Source: an uncultured virus (IMG/VR IMGVR_UViG_3300046517_000932) (lineage: Duplodnaviria; Heunggongvirae; Uroviricota; Caudoviricetes). Taken from it: DNA of 64,000 nucleotides. Location: the IMG/VR virus record IMGVR_UViG_3300046517_000932; one strand, 5' to 3'. A model generated the notes under the pieces. That model was not told the DNA's origin. It saw only the letters and a program-made list of their open reading frames with translations, and made no database searches. This document shows, piece by piece, positions 34,294-44,969 of the stretch. Position 1 is the stretch's first letter, and each line of letters begins with the position of its first letter. The position numbers and the translations under genes were made by a program.

Positions 34294-36594
34294 TCAGGTA
34301 GTCAGTAAGGGTAGCAAAGTAGAATCCAGCGCCGAGGCTACATAGGTGAAGCGCCGGATCCAGCCGTTCAGATAGTTTGTCGTCGTGTCCTCGCTGCACC
34401 CGAGCGAGAGCGTCGTCAAACCGCTGATCGCAGTGAGGCCGGATCCAGACGGACCCGCTGCGCCATCGCGCGCCGTGGCAGCAGCCAACGGATAGGTCAC
34501 GGCAATGCGGTGCCCACCGGTCGCATACGCGGCCGTCTCCGCGTTCGAGAACTGCGTGACGCCACCGTTGACATATCGGAATGCGCGACCCGACGAGCCC
34601 GTTTGCTTAAACGCAGACAGCCGGTTGTTGAGCGTCCCGTCGGAGATCGCGAATAGGTATTCGTTCGCAGTCGGACTGTAAATGTTCGCGTCCGCGTAGT
34701 CCAGGCAGAGCGTTCCAGCACTCGCGGAAAACCAGGGGATGCTCGAGCTCGTCAGCACGTCGGCCGCGCGCGTTGCCGTTGCGCCATTCGTCGCGATGTA
34801 GCTCGTCAGGAACGCGCCCGACTCCAACTGCGCGCCATAGACCTGGTACGTCTGGTTGACGTTCACGCTGCTATCGCTCGGATCGATGTAGCAATGAATG
34901 CCGGCCGCCGCGCCCGCCGCAAACGTGCCTGTAACGGAGCACCGATACCACCCGTTTCCGACGTTCTGGATTGTGCGCGATCCATACGACCCGGAGGCAG
35001 ATCCCGCGCCGGACAACGTGAAGCCACCGGACCCATAGTTCGTGTCCGAGCTATCGCGCAGGTACATGGCGATCACGCCTGTGAACGTCCCGAGTTTCAG
35101 GAAGATCGAGAATGTGAGCGTTTGATTCGCAAAGGATCCAGTCGACGCGCCGTAGCCGAGATATGAATTCGATACCGACGACCCCAGCGTGACGAGCGAA
35201 GCGTTGTTTGTGCCGTCCGGAGAAATCCCGGCGTTATCCGCTACCGCGCACTGAGCCTTGATATTCCAGTACGAATTGCTCTGAAAGGCTTGAGAGTAGA
35301 GGAATTGGTTCGTGCGCGACTCCTCCAGCAGCAGGCCGAGCGCGAGCCCCGTCGACGGATCACAATCGAAGCGCGGCGCATTGACGGCAGCCGTCTGCAT
35401 GATGCCGCTCGAGTTGAAGTACGTCCCCGCCGACGCGCGCGTGAACGTCAGACTTGGATCCAGCGCGCCGGTACGGAAATTCCAATCGATCGCAGCCGCC
35501 GGCGTGATCTCGACGGTGCCGCCCGCGCGAGTGATCAAACTGTTGCGCTGGCGCACGCCGTTGTGAGCGTAGCCATAGCGCGCGACGCTCGCATTGTTGT
35601 CGGTCGGTGCAGTCAGCGTATCGGCGAACCCGGCGAGCGTCGTCGCGCCGGCGAACGCATCCGTCGGCGCCGTGAGCGTATCCGTGAAGGCCGCCCCGAC
35701 GCCGAATGTCGTTGCATCCGTCGGAGGCGTCAGCGCGTCGAGCAGCGCCGATCCAGTCAGCGACAGCGACCGCATCTGCGTGCCCGCGTCGCGCAGCTTG
35801 TTCACCAGATCCTTCACGGTCTGAGTGAAGGCAGAGACGTCGCCACCGTTGATCAGGTCATAGCCGTACTGGACGTCGAACAGACCGTACAGAGGCTTGC
35901 TCACAGCGTTGTACCTGTACGCGCTGTTACGCGTGATCGTGCTGTTATAGAGCGGCGCCGTCGGTCCGTACAGTGTCACGTCAGTGACGGTCGAGATCTG
36001 GCCCGTGTATGCCTGGATAGCCATCTCAATCGCGACGTTGTTGCCGCGCGGGCGCAGCACTTCGGCGATGATGCGCGGACCGTAGCTGGTGTCGTCCTCG
36101 CCCGTCAGTCGAGGAACGCCGTAGTAAGCGCCCAGCAAATCGAGCCACTCGTCGGCGGCCGTCGTCGTGCTCATCTGATTGAGCATCTCGCCGATCTGCG
36201 TTTGCGCCTGCTCGAGCTCGTTCGACTGCGAGTCCATATAGGACCAAAGCACGTTCGTGTAGCCGTACAGGTGATCGCCGTTCGACTGTGAGATGTCGCC
36301 CGACGCTTCCATCAACACGAGCGCCTGCAGCTTCGACAGATTCGACGTGTCAGAGTACAGGACGGAATATCCGGTCTGCGTCGACAGGTATCCGACGAGC
36401 TGCGAGACCGTGTATTTGGACAGGTCGACCGTCAGGTTTTGGCCTGGTCCGCCCGTCACCGTCGTGTACAGAAAGCCATCCGAGATCGTCCACGTCAGTC
36501 CACCCCGGTACTGCAGGCGAATGGCGAGAAACTCGTGCGGATCCTTGTCGAAGACCTTATGCAGGTACGCGAGCAGCTTTTGAGTGAATTTCAT
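34294..36594 (-). CDS. Baseplate wedge protein fused to a spike/fibre-like carbohydrate-binding region
   Basis: WLDLLGAYYGVPR..GEDD..Y..RI wedge motif; FTRAS...PRFD...GLLLEESRTN and AQLE.G.F.TSYI.T....TRAAD C-terminal module. Confidence 0.75.
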   Translation of the reverse strand: MKFTQKLLAYLHKVFDKDPHEFLAIRLQYRGGLTWTISDGFLYTTVTGGPGQNLTVDLSKYTVSQLVGYLSTQTGYSVLYSDTSNLSKLQALVLMEASGDISQSNGDHLYGYTNVLWSYMDSQSNELEQAQTQIGEMLNQMSTTTAADEWLDLLGAYYGVPRLTGEDDTSYGPRIIAEVLRPRGNNVAIEMAIQAYTGQISTVTDVTLYGPTAPLYNSTITRNSAYRYNAVSKPLYGLFDVQYGYDLINGGDVSAFTQTVKDLVNKLRDAGTQMRSLSLTGSALLDALTPPTDATTFGVGAAFTDTLTAPTDAFAGATTLAGFADTLTAPTDNNASVARYGYAHNGVRQRNSLITRAGGTVEITPAAAIDWNFRTGALDPSLTFTRASAGTYFNSSGIMQTAAVNAPRFDCDPSTGLALGLLLEESRTNQFLYSQAFQSNSYWNIKAQCAVADNAGISPDGTNNASLVTLGSSVSNSYLGYGASTGSFANQTLTFSIFLKLGTFTGVIAMYLRDSSDTNYGSGGFTLSGAGSASGSYGSRTIQNVGNGWYRCSVTGTFAAGAAAGIHCYIDPSDSSVNVNQTYQVYGAQLESGAFLTSYIATNGATATRAADVLTSSSIPWFSASAGTLCLDYADANIYSPTANEYLFAISDGTLNNRLSAFKQTGSSGRAFRYVNGGVTQFSNAETAAYATGGHRIAVTYPLAAATARDGAAGPSGSGLTAISGLTTLSLGCSEDTTTNYLNGWIRRFTYVASALDSTLLPLLTT

Positions 36595-38036
36595 CAGGCG
36601 ATCGCCACCGTACCAGGCATCAGTTTTTGGATCTGCGACGTCGTTACGTCAGCGAGGCGCGCAGTCGATACCGCCGGAGGCACGGCGCCCGCGACGAGCC
36701 CCGAAACGGGTTCGGTGTAGCCGGTTCCGATGCCAAGCAGCGCGGAATTCTGTTTCTGCAGGTTCGACGACGTCGTGCCGACATAGACGTTCCAGCCGGA
36801 CGCGCCGGCGAGCACCGGCGGGGATGCGACCGTGAGGAGATTGTTCACCGGCACCGCGAGGGACCGCATCGCAGACGGCAGCGTCTCGCCAGCGGGCGTG
36901 ATGTACGTCGTCTGCACGTAATACGTCTGCGCGGCGCGCGAGCCACTCACGATCTGGCCTAGCACCGGCGCAACCGGCGCAGAAACGTCGGCCGGCACGA
37001 AGTTACCCACGCCCGTAATGCTCATGATGATGTCGATCAGCGAGGCAACCTGGAACGGTTGACCGATGCCGATGCCAACGATGTAGGCCGCCGCCGCCGC
37101 GTTTGCCAATCCATCGAGCGTCGCGAGGTCGTAGCCCGCCAGCGGCGTGATAGCGCCCGCGATGTTGAGCGGGATCTCAGTCGCGGCATAGATGTCCACG
37201 TGCACGCCGGCCGCCTTCCAGCCAGGCACCTTGTTGCCGTTCGTGTCGGTATAGCCGTAGACGACCTTTTTCGCCTGCGTGACGAGAGCGCTCGACGTGT
37301 TGCCGACGCCGTTGTGGATGTAGCACTGGATCAGCGCGGGAGGCTGAGTGTTGTCAGACTCGTACGGTTCGACGACGGACGCCGACGCGACTTGCTCCGT
37401 CACGTTGCCGAGCGAGTCGGTGAGCTGCGTCGTGGTCAGACCGTATTGCACCGCAGCCGGCGTGCCGCGCGGCAGTGCCGCGATGAACGCGTTAAAGCGG
37501 ATCTGGCGCGCCTCTGGCGTCTCCGCGTCGAGGCCGTTGATGATCGGCGACAGGTTTGCGGCCGAGACGAACCCGGCCGGCGCCGGCGCCAGCGTGAAAG
37601 ACTGAATTGACGCGAGATTGCCCGCCGAGCCGGCGACATTCGCCGCGACCAGGACGTCGCCGTAGGTGTTTCCGGCCGGCACCGTCACGTCCGCCTGCGA
37701 CGTGTACGACACCGCACCGCCAGGATACGAAAACACCGTGCCCGCCGAGATCAGAGTCGGTTGCGCGCTGCTCGTGATCACGACACGAATCACGCTGCTC
37801 GCATCGTTGGCCGCCTTCGCCGCGAACGAGAAACTGTTATACGTCGCGACGGGAATCGCCTCGATCAGGCCGTTGAGCATCTGCTGATAGAGCTCGTCGA
37901 TCTCAGCCGCCGGCGCCTCGACGAGCGTACGACCGATCGCACCTTCGTTGAAGTCCGTAATCGTCGTCTGCGTTCCCTTCATCCAGTTGATCATCGAAGC
38001 GACGATGCTGGTGAAATTCTTGATCTGAAAGGCCAT
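36594..38036 (-). CDS. Baseplate J-like wedge protein
   Basis: TDFNEGAIGRTLVEA, G..GN, NGLDAET...RF, KAAGV. Confidence 0.85.
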   Translation of the reverse strand: MAFQIKNFTSIVASMINWMKGTQTTITDFNEGAIGRTLVEAPAAEIDELYQQMLNGLIEAIPVATYNSFSFAAKAANDASSVIRVVITSSAQPTLISAGTVFSYPGGAVSYTSQADVTVPAGNTYGDVLVAANVAGSAGNLASIQSFTLAPAPAGFVSAANLSPIINGLDAETPEARQIRFNAFIAALPRGTPAAVQYGLTTTQLTDSLGNVTEQVASASVVEPYESDNTQPPALIQCYIHNGVGNTSSALVTQAKKVVYGYTDTNGNKVPGWKAAGVHVDIYAATEIPLNIAGAITPLAGYDLATLDGLANAAAAAYIVGIGIGQPFQVASLIDIIMSITGVGNFVPADVSAPVAPVLGQIVSGSRAAQTYYVQTTYITPAGETLPSAMRSLAVPVNNLLTVASPPVLAGASGWNVYVGTTSSNLQKQNSALLGIGTGYTEPVSGLVAGAVPPAVSTARLADVTTSQIQKLMPGTVAIA

Positions 38037-38043
38037 TTTTTCC

Positions 38044-38661
38044 TTACGAGCTTGCCGCTACCTGAATTGATTGACCGACGACCGGAATCGCCTCGATGTT
38101 CACGTTCACCACATCGCCGTTCACGGTCGCAATCGCTTTATCGACGCTCGCGATGCGCGGATCCGCGAGCACGGCACCCTTGGCGGTAGATGCCGCGAGC
38201 AGTTGCTGCGCGGGCACGCTCACCTTGCCGATCAGCGTCTTGAGGAGCGATCCGTACCGCGCGTGATAGACGAGCTCGCCCTGCTGCGTCTCGACGCGGT
38301 TCTTGAGCGCCTGGCGCAGGTTTGCGCGCCCCGTCACGGTCGCGAAATCGCCCGTCGACGTTCCGCCGAGCAGGCCGTTCGTGAGCGCGATATCGGTGCC
38401 GTACACCTCGTTCGGATCCGTCGTCGTCGCGGCCGCAGAAGGAGCCGGGACGAGGATCTGCGAGCCCGTGAGGAGCACGCCTGGCGCAACCTGCGCAGGG
38501 TCATCCGTGAGGTACGGATAGACCAGGTTGTTCGGGTAGATCAGCAGCGCCCACTTCGACGCGTCGCCCAGCGCGCGCGCCGCGACCTTTTGCAGCGTGT
38601 CGCCTCGATTCGTCAGGACGAACGTGAAGCCATTCAGCGGGGTATCGAATGGCGTCGTCAT
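38044..38661 (-). CDS. LysM plus gp25-like baseplate protein
   Basis: GDTLQKVAARALGDASKW LysM; NLRQALKNR.....GEL.YH.RYGS...DPRI gp25-like. Confidence 0.8.
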   Translation of the reverse strand: MTTPFDTPLNGFTFVLTNRGDTLQKVAARALGDASKWALLIYPNNLVYPYLTDDPAQVAPGVLLTGSQILVPAPSAAATTTDPNEVYGTDIALTNGLLGGTSTGDFATVTGRANLRQALKNRVETQQGELVYHARYGSLLKTLIGKVSVPAQQLLAASTAKGAVLADPRIASVDKAIATVNGDVVNVNIEAIPVVGQSIQVAASS

Positions 38662-39818
38662 ACGTTCACCGTCATGCCGTTATTGGCGGCCGTCACCATC
38701 GCCGCGAGCTGCGCCGGCGTGTATGGCGCGAGCACCGGATCCATATGGGCCAGCGCCGACAGCGAAACCTGCGCGCCCGAGGTAAGCGCGACTGGACCAG
38801 GCGCGGCAGCGCTCATCGGCGCGACCGACTCGAACGCGTTCTTGTTTGCATAGGCCGAGATCGGCGAACCGCCCGCCGTGCTCGAGCAGTTAGACGCGCC
38901 GAACAAAGGCGTGTAGTCCTGGTAGACGCTCTGACCCGTCAGCGCGTTTTTGAGCAGGCAGCCGATGTTTGTGAACGCGCTCGTAAGGCCCATAATTTGG
39001 CCCTTGATCTGGCCCGGGAGATTCATCACGGCCGAGATCGTTTGAAAGACCTTTGTCGCGCACTGCACGAGCGTCGTCGCGACGCTCATCAGCGCTTTCC
39101 CGATGCCGAGCACAGAGCTCACCGCACCCATCACGGCGTTACACACCTTCGTCACGTTTGCAACGAACGCCTTAACCGGCGCGAGAACGTTCGTATTGAT
39201 CCAGGACGAGATCCCACTCATGAATGAGGTGATCTCGCCGATCGACTGCAGCAGGCTATCCAGACCGCTCGAGAGCAGCGACCCAGCGCTCTGCGGCGCC
39301 GCCGGCAGGCTATACGCGCCTAGCACGTCGCTCGTGACCGTCATCGGAATCTGGTACTGCATGAGGAGCGGCCGCGAGCGCGAGCGGCGCAGCACGACCT
39401 GGCCGGGGATAACCTGGCTGGTGAATTGATCGAGTGCGTCGACGAACATGAGCTGGACATAGTCCGGCCGGCCGCCGCTCTGATAAGCCGCGAGCCGCTT
39501 CGCGTGCCACTGGTCGAACACAAGCGTCTTGAGATCGATGAAACGCTGGATCCCGTCCTTTGCGGCCGAGTCCGTCATCCAGCCGGTATTGCCGGAGATA
39601 TTGATGGTCGGAACGCCTGCGCCGAACTCATCGCCCCATGCGCCGCCCAGCGTCTGCTGCACTGTCGTGCGCGACGGATCCGTGCGCGTCAGCTCCTCCG
39701 GACGCACGTAGAGTTTGACCTCAGTCGGCGCGTCGCTATTGTTCAAGTCGAACAATAGAAAACTGATCGGCGCGTCGCCGGCCTTTTGGGACGAAGGGGT
39801 AGAGGCGAATAAGCTCAT
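38658..39818 (-). CDS. Baseplate/tail tube initiator-like protein
   Basis: RPEEL....PSR..VQQTLGGAW.DEFG.G...I.ISG.TGW; position in the baseplate cluster. Confidence 0.6.
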   Translation of the reverse strand: MSLFASTPSSQKAGDAPISFLLFDLNNSDAPTEVKLYVRPEELTRTDPSRTTVQQTLGGAWGDEFGAGVPTINISGNTGWMTDSAAKDGIQRFIDLKTLVFDQWHAKRLAAYQSGGRPDYVQLMFVDALDQFTSQVIPGQVVLRRSRSRPLLMQYQIPMTVTSDVLGAYSLPAAPQSAGSLLSSGLDSLLQSIGEITSFMSGISSWINTNVLAPVKAFVANVTKVCNAVMGAVSSVLGIGKALMSVATTLVQCATKVFQTISAVMNLPGQIKGQIMGLTSAFTNIGCLLKNALTGQSVYQDYTPLFGASNCSSTAGGSPISAYANKNAFESVAPMSAAAPGPVALTSGAQVSLSALAHMDPVLAPYTPAQLAAMVTAANNGMTVNV

Positions 39819-39824
39819 TGAAGC

Positions 39825-39840
39825 ATCGTAGTGTCACGAC
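39825..39840 (-). promoter_or_regulatory. Putative late promoter GTCGTGAC-ACT-ACGAT (leaderless)
   Basis: ATG at 39818 exactly 6 nt downstream; no SD. Confidence 0.75.
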
Positions 39841-39863
39841 GCATCGCTTATTCGCCCTCCTGA

Positions 39864-40736
39864 TTACGCCTGCGCGTTCGTCGTCGGCGCGTTCGAACCC
39901 TGCGCAGTGTGATGGTGTCCCTTGACCGCAATGCCGTCGACCGTGACGTCGCCGCCAGTCACTGTCATGGATCCGGAAAGCTGCATCGTGGCGCCCGATC
40001 CGCCCGATCCGGACATGCCGCCCTTGAACGTCAGCGCGCCGTCGACCGTGAGCGTGCCCGTGACGTGTGTCATCGGCGAATTGATCGTCACGCTTGGCGC
40101 AACGATCGTCGCAGCGCCAGTCACGTTCACGTTGGCCGTGCCCGTCGTGTTCACGGAGAGATTGCCGTTATGCGTCAGCGTCACGTTGCCGGACGGATCG
40201 ATATCGAACGTCGCCACCACTGCGCCCGCGTTCGCGACCTGCAGGTGCGCATGCACCGCCGCGCCGGTATTCTTCGCGATCTTCCATTGCCCGTCGACGT
40301 CCTTGCCCGTCAGATCCTCATGCGCCGGCGACGTCCCCACGCGGAAATACGTGCCGCTCGGATGATAGGCCTCGAAATTGCCGGCCGCGTCCGTCGACGT
40401 GTAGAAGTCGCTCGGATGCCGATGCACGACGCGATCGAGATCCTTGAACAGCATCTGGCAGATCTGCGGATACCGAAAGCCGATCACGACCGCGTACGGT
40501 CCGAACGTCGCGACCGCCGCGAGCACATCGCGATCGGTCCTCTGCGTCAGATCCCACTTGTTGCCGCTCGCAGGGGTCGACGGGTTCGGCAGACTGGCGC
40601 AACCGCTATCCGTGCTCGCATGATGCGACAGCACCTGCACGCCGGCGAGCTGCTGGCCGTTGTCCGTCATCACCAGGTCGACCGAGTAATCTTCAGGGTG
40701 GACCGCCGCCACCCTGCCCCATCGCAAACTATTCAT
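39864..40736 (-). CDS. Baseplate central spike (gpV/gp45-like)
   Basis: OB-fold N-terminus, beta-helix repeats, C-terminal HHH metal-binding apex. Confidence 0.85.
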   Translation of the reverse strand: MNSLRWGRVAAVHPEDYSVDLVMTDNGQQLAGVQVLSHHASTDSGCASLPNPSTPASGNKWDLTQRTDRDVLAAVATFGPYAVVIGFRYPQICQMLFKDLDRVVHRHPSDFYTSTDAAGNFEAYHPSGTYFRVGTSPAHEDLTGKDVDGQWKIAKNTGAAVHAHLQVANAGAVVATFDIDPSGNVTLTHNGNLSVNTTGTANVNVTGAATIVAPSVTINSPMTHVTGTLTVDGALTFKGGMSGSGGSGATMQLSGSMTVTGGDVTVDGIAVKGHHHTAQGSNAPTTNAQA

Positions 40737-42210
40737 TCGCCAATCCCGACAATTCCGCGTTATACGGGCTTTGCACGCCCGCGCCCGCCGTTACCCGATT
40801 GATGAACCCATTGCCGCGCTCGAGCTTGAGCGTCTGAAACAGGCCTTGATACGGGACATAGTCAAGATCAATGCTCGACACGTAGAACGTCGAGGAGAAG
40901 GAACCGCGCACGATTCGCACATAGCAGCCGGGTTTGATCAGCTCGTTCGCCCGGATCCGTGCCACGCCGCTTTCAAGCAGGACGTTGTCCTTGTTCTGTG
41001 CGACTAGGATCGCGCGACGGTCATTGATCCAATTCGACATACTGGTGTCACGAGTCGTTTGCTGGTCGGACGGCTGTCCGCTCGCCATCGTTGTGACGTC
41101 GTCGCCGCCCATCTGCGTTTCCGTCTCCATCATGCGCATGCCGTAGAACTGTTCGGCCGAGTTGGGGTATTGACCGAGATCGACCGTCGCCGCCGAGGCG
41201 CCCTGGATCGCGAACTGCTGGCGGTAGATGTCGCTCACCATCTCGAAGCGCGGCGCGCGCACCCAGTAATAGTTCGAGACGTTTGCGTCGCTGCGCGAGA
41301 CGTTCAAACTGATTACGTCCTTGTCGCTCACATCGATCGGGAGCAGAGCCGGCGCGTCGTCCTGAATAACCGTGCCGTAGATGTCCTTGAACGGGTTCGG
41401 CCGGTAGACCACATAGACGCCGTCTTCGCGATCCTCGATGTAGAGCTCGTTCCACACACCGACGTCGCCGAACGATGAAAGTAGCCCGAAGATGGTCCCC
41501 TGCTGGTTCTGCGCACCGCCGACGTCCACCACGCCATGCGTCACGGAGATGTCTGCCTTGAGCTCCGTCGGATTCGGCGAATTCGGAGGCATCATGGCCG
41601 TCAGAAACGGATTGATGATCTCGCTCACCACGTTTGAGACGAACGTCGGCGCCGTCATCGATGTGTCGAAGCCCACGCCGAAGCGCTCGAACAGCTTGAA
41701 GCTCGAGAGGTAGTTCTCGCCGATCACATAGCCCGGCAGATACTTGATCTGCATCATTTGCCACAGCTTGCCGTAGTCCTGGCCGGCGATCGTCACCGTG
41801 CGCTGCGGTTTGCCATTGCCGCCCATCGACTCACCGCGCGAGATCTCAGACACGAACCCGCGCATCAGGATCGGAGGCGTCGGCAGATTGTTCGACGTCG
41901 ATCCCGGCAGCTCGTGCCGCATCCGGATCTCGATCAGATCCATCGGCTCGATCAGGCCATACAGCGACTCGATCGAACCGTTCTGCATGTAGGGCTTGTC
42001 GGGCAACGTCAGCGAAAAGCCGCCCGCCGGCGACCGGATCGACTTCGACACGCGCAAGCTACCGGCCTCGCCGAGGAACGGCGTGAGATCGATCGTCGAA
42101 TTCGTATCGAGCACGCGCTGAGAGACCGGCGTTTGCCCGTCGATCGTTTGCCGGCCGATGGTTTTGTACAGCGTGACGCGAACGTCCGGCGTGTAGAGTT
42201 GGACGTTCAT
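40729..42210 (-). CDS. Baseplate hub protein
   Basis: Between tape measure and spike; MRGFVSEISR, TIAGQDYGK, NELYIED. Confidence 0.7.
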   Translation of the reverse strand: MNVQLYTPDVRVTLYKTIGRQTIDGQTPVSQRVLDTNSTIDLTPFLGEAGSLRVSKSIRSPAGGFSLTLPDKPYMQNGSIESLYGLIEPMDLIEIRMRHELPGSTSNNLPTPPILMRGFVSEISRGESMGGNGKPQRTVTIAGQDYGKLWQMMQIKYLPGYVIGENYLSSFKLFERFGVGFDTSMTAPTFVSNVVSEIINPFLTAMMPPNSPNPTELKADISVTHGVVDVGGAQNQQGTIFGLLSSFGDVGVWNELYIEDREDGVYVVYRPNPFKDIYGTVIQDDAPALLPIDVSDKDVISLNVSRSDANVSNYYWVRAPRFEMVSDIYRQQFAIQGASAATVDLGQYPNSAEQFYGMRMMETETQMGGDDVTTMASGQPSDQQTTRDTSMSNWINDRRAILVAQNKDNVLLESGVARIRANELIKPGCYVRIVRGSFSSTFYVSSIDLDYVPYQGLFQTLKLERGNGFINRVTAGAGVQSPYNAELSGLANE

Positions 42211-44969
42211 GAGCGTGCCCCCGTGCCCGACGGCGCCGGCGCGCCAAATCCCGTCGACACGGTATTGACGGCGGCCGGTTGCCCGTTCGGCATATTGAAT
42301 GTGTGATGGTTGTCGACCGATACGCGCACGCTCACCGGCTTGTCGGTGCCCGTGCTCTTGCTCGCCGCCTCCGCAGCCTTCGTGTCAGCGTCTTTCGGGA
42401 TAGGCGCGTTCGCGAACTCAGCCGCCCGCCCCATGATGGCCGGCGCATAGGCGCGCGTCTCCGCGTTGTTCCACTTCGACCGATCCCAGCCCTTGTTATA
42501 GGCACTCAGCGCATCCGGCAGGTTTCCGAACTTCGCCATGTTCTGGCGCATGACCTCGCGCTGAATCGTCACCGCGTCGTGCGGATCGTACGGATTGAGC
42601 TGCTTGCCGAGCTGCTTTTCGAGCGCGCGCAGCGTGTCCGGCATGACCTGCGCCAGGCCCATCGCGCCCTTGCCGCTGGTCGCCGCCGGATCGAACTTGC
42701 TCTCTTGATAGAACTGCGACATCGTCGTGCCGGCCGGCAGCTTGTCGAGGCGATCGGTTTCCGCCGCCGCCGCTTTCAGCCAATCCGCGTTTTGCAGACT
42801 CTGCGTCCCGGGCGACCCGTACTTGTTTCTCGCTGCGAGGCGCTGATCCTCGTATTGCGTGGCCGCCTTCTGCTCGATGTCGACGCTCGAGGTGTCAGCC
42901 GCCGCCTTGAGCCGGTCGTATTCCTTCTGCGCCGACGCGCGCTCTGCCGCCGACAGGCGCATGTCCGTCGTCTTGTTGTACAGCTCCGGACCCTTGGCGT
43001 CGAATTCCTTTTTTGCCTGGCGCGCTGCTTTGCGCTTCTCGTCGGCCGCCGCGTTGATCTGCCCGACGTTGTCGTCGTGCTCAGCCTTATTGTTGGCCTC
43101 CTCGATCTGGCGCTGCGATCGCACGCCACCGCCGGCGAGGAACACGACGCTATTCATGATGCTGGTCGTCAGCGGGACCATCTTGTCCGCCATGTCCGTG
43201 ATGACCTTCTGAACGCCCGTCAGGCCGTCGCGGATCTCTGTGCCCTGCGTCTTCTCCTGATTCTTGTCGTAGACCGCTTTGAACTGGCGATCCTTTTCAT
43301 CGCTGCTCAGCGACTTGTCCGCCTCGATGTGCGTGAGCCGCTCGATGCCCGTCGCGTTGACCTTGGACAGATCGAGCTTGAGCCGGGACAGTCGCGCCGA
43401 CGTGTTGTTGACGCTCTTTTCGTCATTCGTCGCGAGCGCGGCCGACTGGTTCAGGCTGATCCCGAACATATTCGACATCGCGGAGAGCATCAGCTCCGGA
43501 TTGCTCGCATATTGCCGCTTCAGGCTTGCCATGATCGACGAGAAATTCGTCTGCCCCGAGCTCGCACCCAACGTAGGCATCCGGACGTGGTATTTCTCGC
43601 CGAACCGCGACATCGCGGATCCCGCGCCGAACGCTCCGCCCATCGTGCCGAACATGCCCTGTTCTTCGAGCGCGCCCGTCATGATCGGATCGAGTCCGTT
43701 GCGCTTCCCCAGCGCCATGTACATGAAATTCTTGCCGGCTTCGCCCGCGTTGCCGCCGCGCTGAACCGCATTGTTGACGCTCGAGAGCAAGTTCGAGATC
43801 GACTGTGCGTCCGTGCCAGGCGTGCCGCTTCCCGCCAGGCCCGCGAACTCGCCGAGATAGCCGCTCACATTCGGCGCCGCCATCCCCATGCGCGCCTGCT
43901 GCTGCGTGAACCCCGCGATCGCAGCCAGCACGTCATCCATCTTTGCGGACGCACCCGACTGCGCGACCGTTTCGCCGATCATCAGCGCGAGGCGCTTGGA
44001 TCCGCTTTCATCCGACGTCACGCCGGTTTGCCGCATCTGCCCGAAGAACGCGCCGGCGCGCGCCGGATCGATGCCGTACGAGCGCGCGAACCCGCCCGCG
44101 ACCGCGACCTCCTCCGCGAGCGTCTTCGCGTCCTTCCCGAACGAGCCGGCCGCATGCGAGAACGCAGCCGCGACCTTTTGCGTTTCCTCATAGGTCGCGC
44201 CGAAGCTCCACGACGCATTCTCGAGCGACGTCTTGAGCTCGCGGAAACCCACGCCGACGTCGCCGATCTGGCGCTTGAGCGTGTCGTAACCGATATCGAG
44301 TTGCTGCGCGGCGCCGATCTTCGCCTTGACCGCGCCCGCGACAGCACTCACGCCCCGCGCGATCAGATCCGCAATGATCATCGGGCCGGTGAAGCCAGCC
44401 GCCGCGCCCTCCATCGCGCTCGCAGCCGCCCCGCCGGCGCCGCCCATCGCGCGCAGGCCCGAACCGAGAATCTTGCGGCCGGCACTTCCCCACGTCGGAG
44501 CTGGCGAGACGTTGCCGTCATTCGCGGCCTGGCGCCGATCCCACTCGCGCTTACCGGCGATGTCGTCCGTTCCGTACTTCCCGCCCGGCGCCGCCGGCTG
44601 CTCGATCGCTTGAAACCCAGCGCCGGTGCCTGCCGTGACGTACTCGTATGCCTTGCGCATCTGGCGCGCACGGCTATTCTGATCCGGATACATCTTCGAG
44701 AAATCGATCTTGAAGAAGTCGGTACCGGTCTGCCCGGTATCTCTCAGACGCTTCCGGAAGTCACCCGAGATCTTGAGGAGACTTTCGAACTGGGCCTGCA
44801 CCTTCTGCAGGTCCGCCATCGTCGCCTTGTCAATCGGGTTGAATTTGACCTTGTTCGCGCCGGCGACAGTCGATCCAAGCTGGTTGACCTCCTGCGTCAA
44901 CTGACTCAGCACCTTGTCAATGTCGGATGCGTCGAACTGCGCGCTTACCGGGATCTGTACGCCAGCCAT
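42207..44969 (-). CDS. Tape measure protein with C-terminal lytic transglycosylase (SLT)
   Basis: Ala/Gly-rich helical body; QESKFDPAATS.KGAMGLAQVMP.T and ALSAYN.G. Confidence 0.85.
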   Translation of the reverse strand: MAGVQIPVSAQFDASDIDKVLSQLTQEVNQLGSTVAGANKVKFNPIDKATMADLQKVQAQFESLLKISGDFRKRLRDTGQTGTDFFKIDFSKMYPDQNSRARQMRKAYEYVTAGTGAGFQAIEQPAAPGGKYGTDDIAGKREWDRRQAANDGNVSPAPTWGSAGRKILGSGLRAMGGAGGAAASAMEGAAAGFTGPMIIADLIARGVSAVAGAVKAKIGAAQQLDIGYDTLKRQIGDVGVGFRELKTSLENASWSFGATYEETQKVAAAFSHAAGSFGKDAKTLAEEVAVAGGFARSYGIDPARAGAFFGQMRQTGVTSDESGSKRLALMIGETVAQSGASAKMDDVLAAIAGFTQQQARMGMAAPNVSGYLGEFAGLAGSGTPGTDAQSISNLLSSVNNAVQRGGNAGEAGKNFMYMALGKRNGLDPIMTGALEEQGMFGTMGGAFGAGSAMSRFGEKYHVRMPTLGASSGQTNFSSIMASLKRQYASNPELMLSAMSNMFGISLNQSAALATNDEKSVNNTSARLSRLKLDLSKVNATGIERLTHIEADKSLSSDEKDRQFKAVYDKNQEKTQGTEIRDGLTGVQKVITDMADKMVPLTTSIMNSVVFLAGGGVRSQRQIEEANNKAEHDDNVGQINAAADEKRKAARQAKKEFDAKGPELYNKTTDMRLSAAERASAQKEYDRLKAAADTSSVDIEQKAATQYEDQRLAARNKYGSPGTQSLQNADWLKAAAAETDRLDKLPAGTTMSQFYQESKFDPAATSGKGAMGLAQVMPDTLRALEKQLGKQLNPYDPHDAVTIQREVMRQNMAKFGNLPDALSAYNKGWDRSKWNNAETRAYAPAIMGRAAEFANAPIPKDADTKAAEAASKSTGTDKPVSVRVSVDNHHTFNMPNGQPAAVNTVSTGFGAPAPSGTGARS

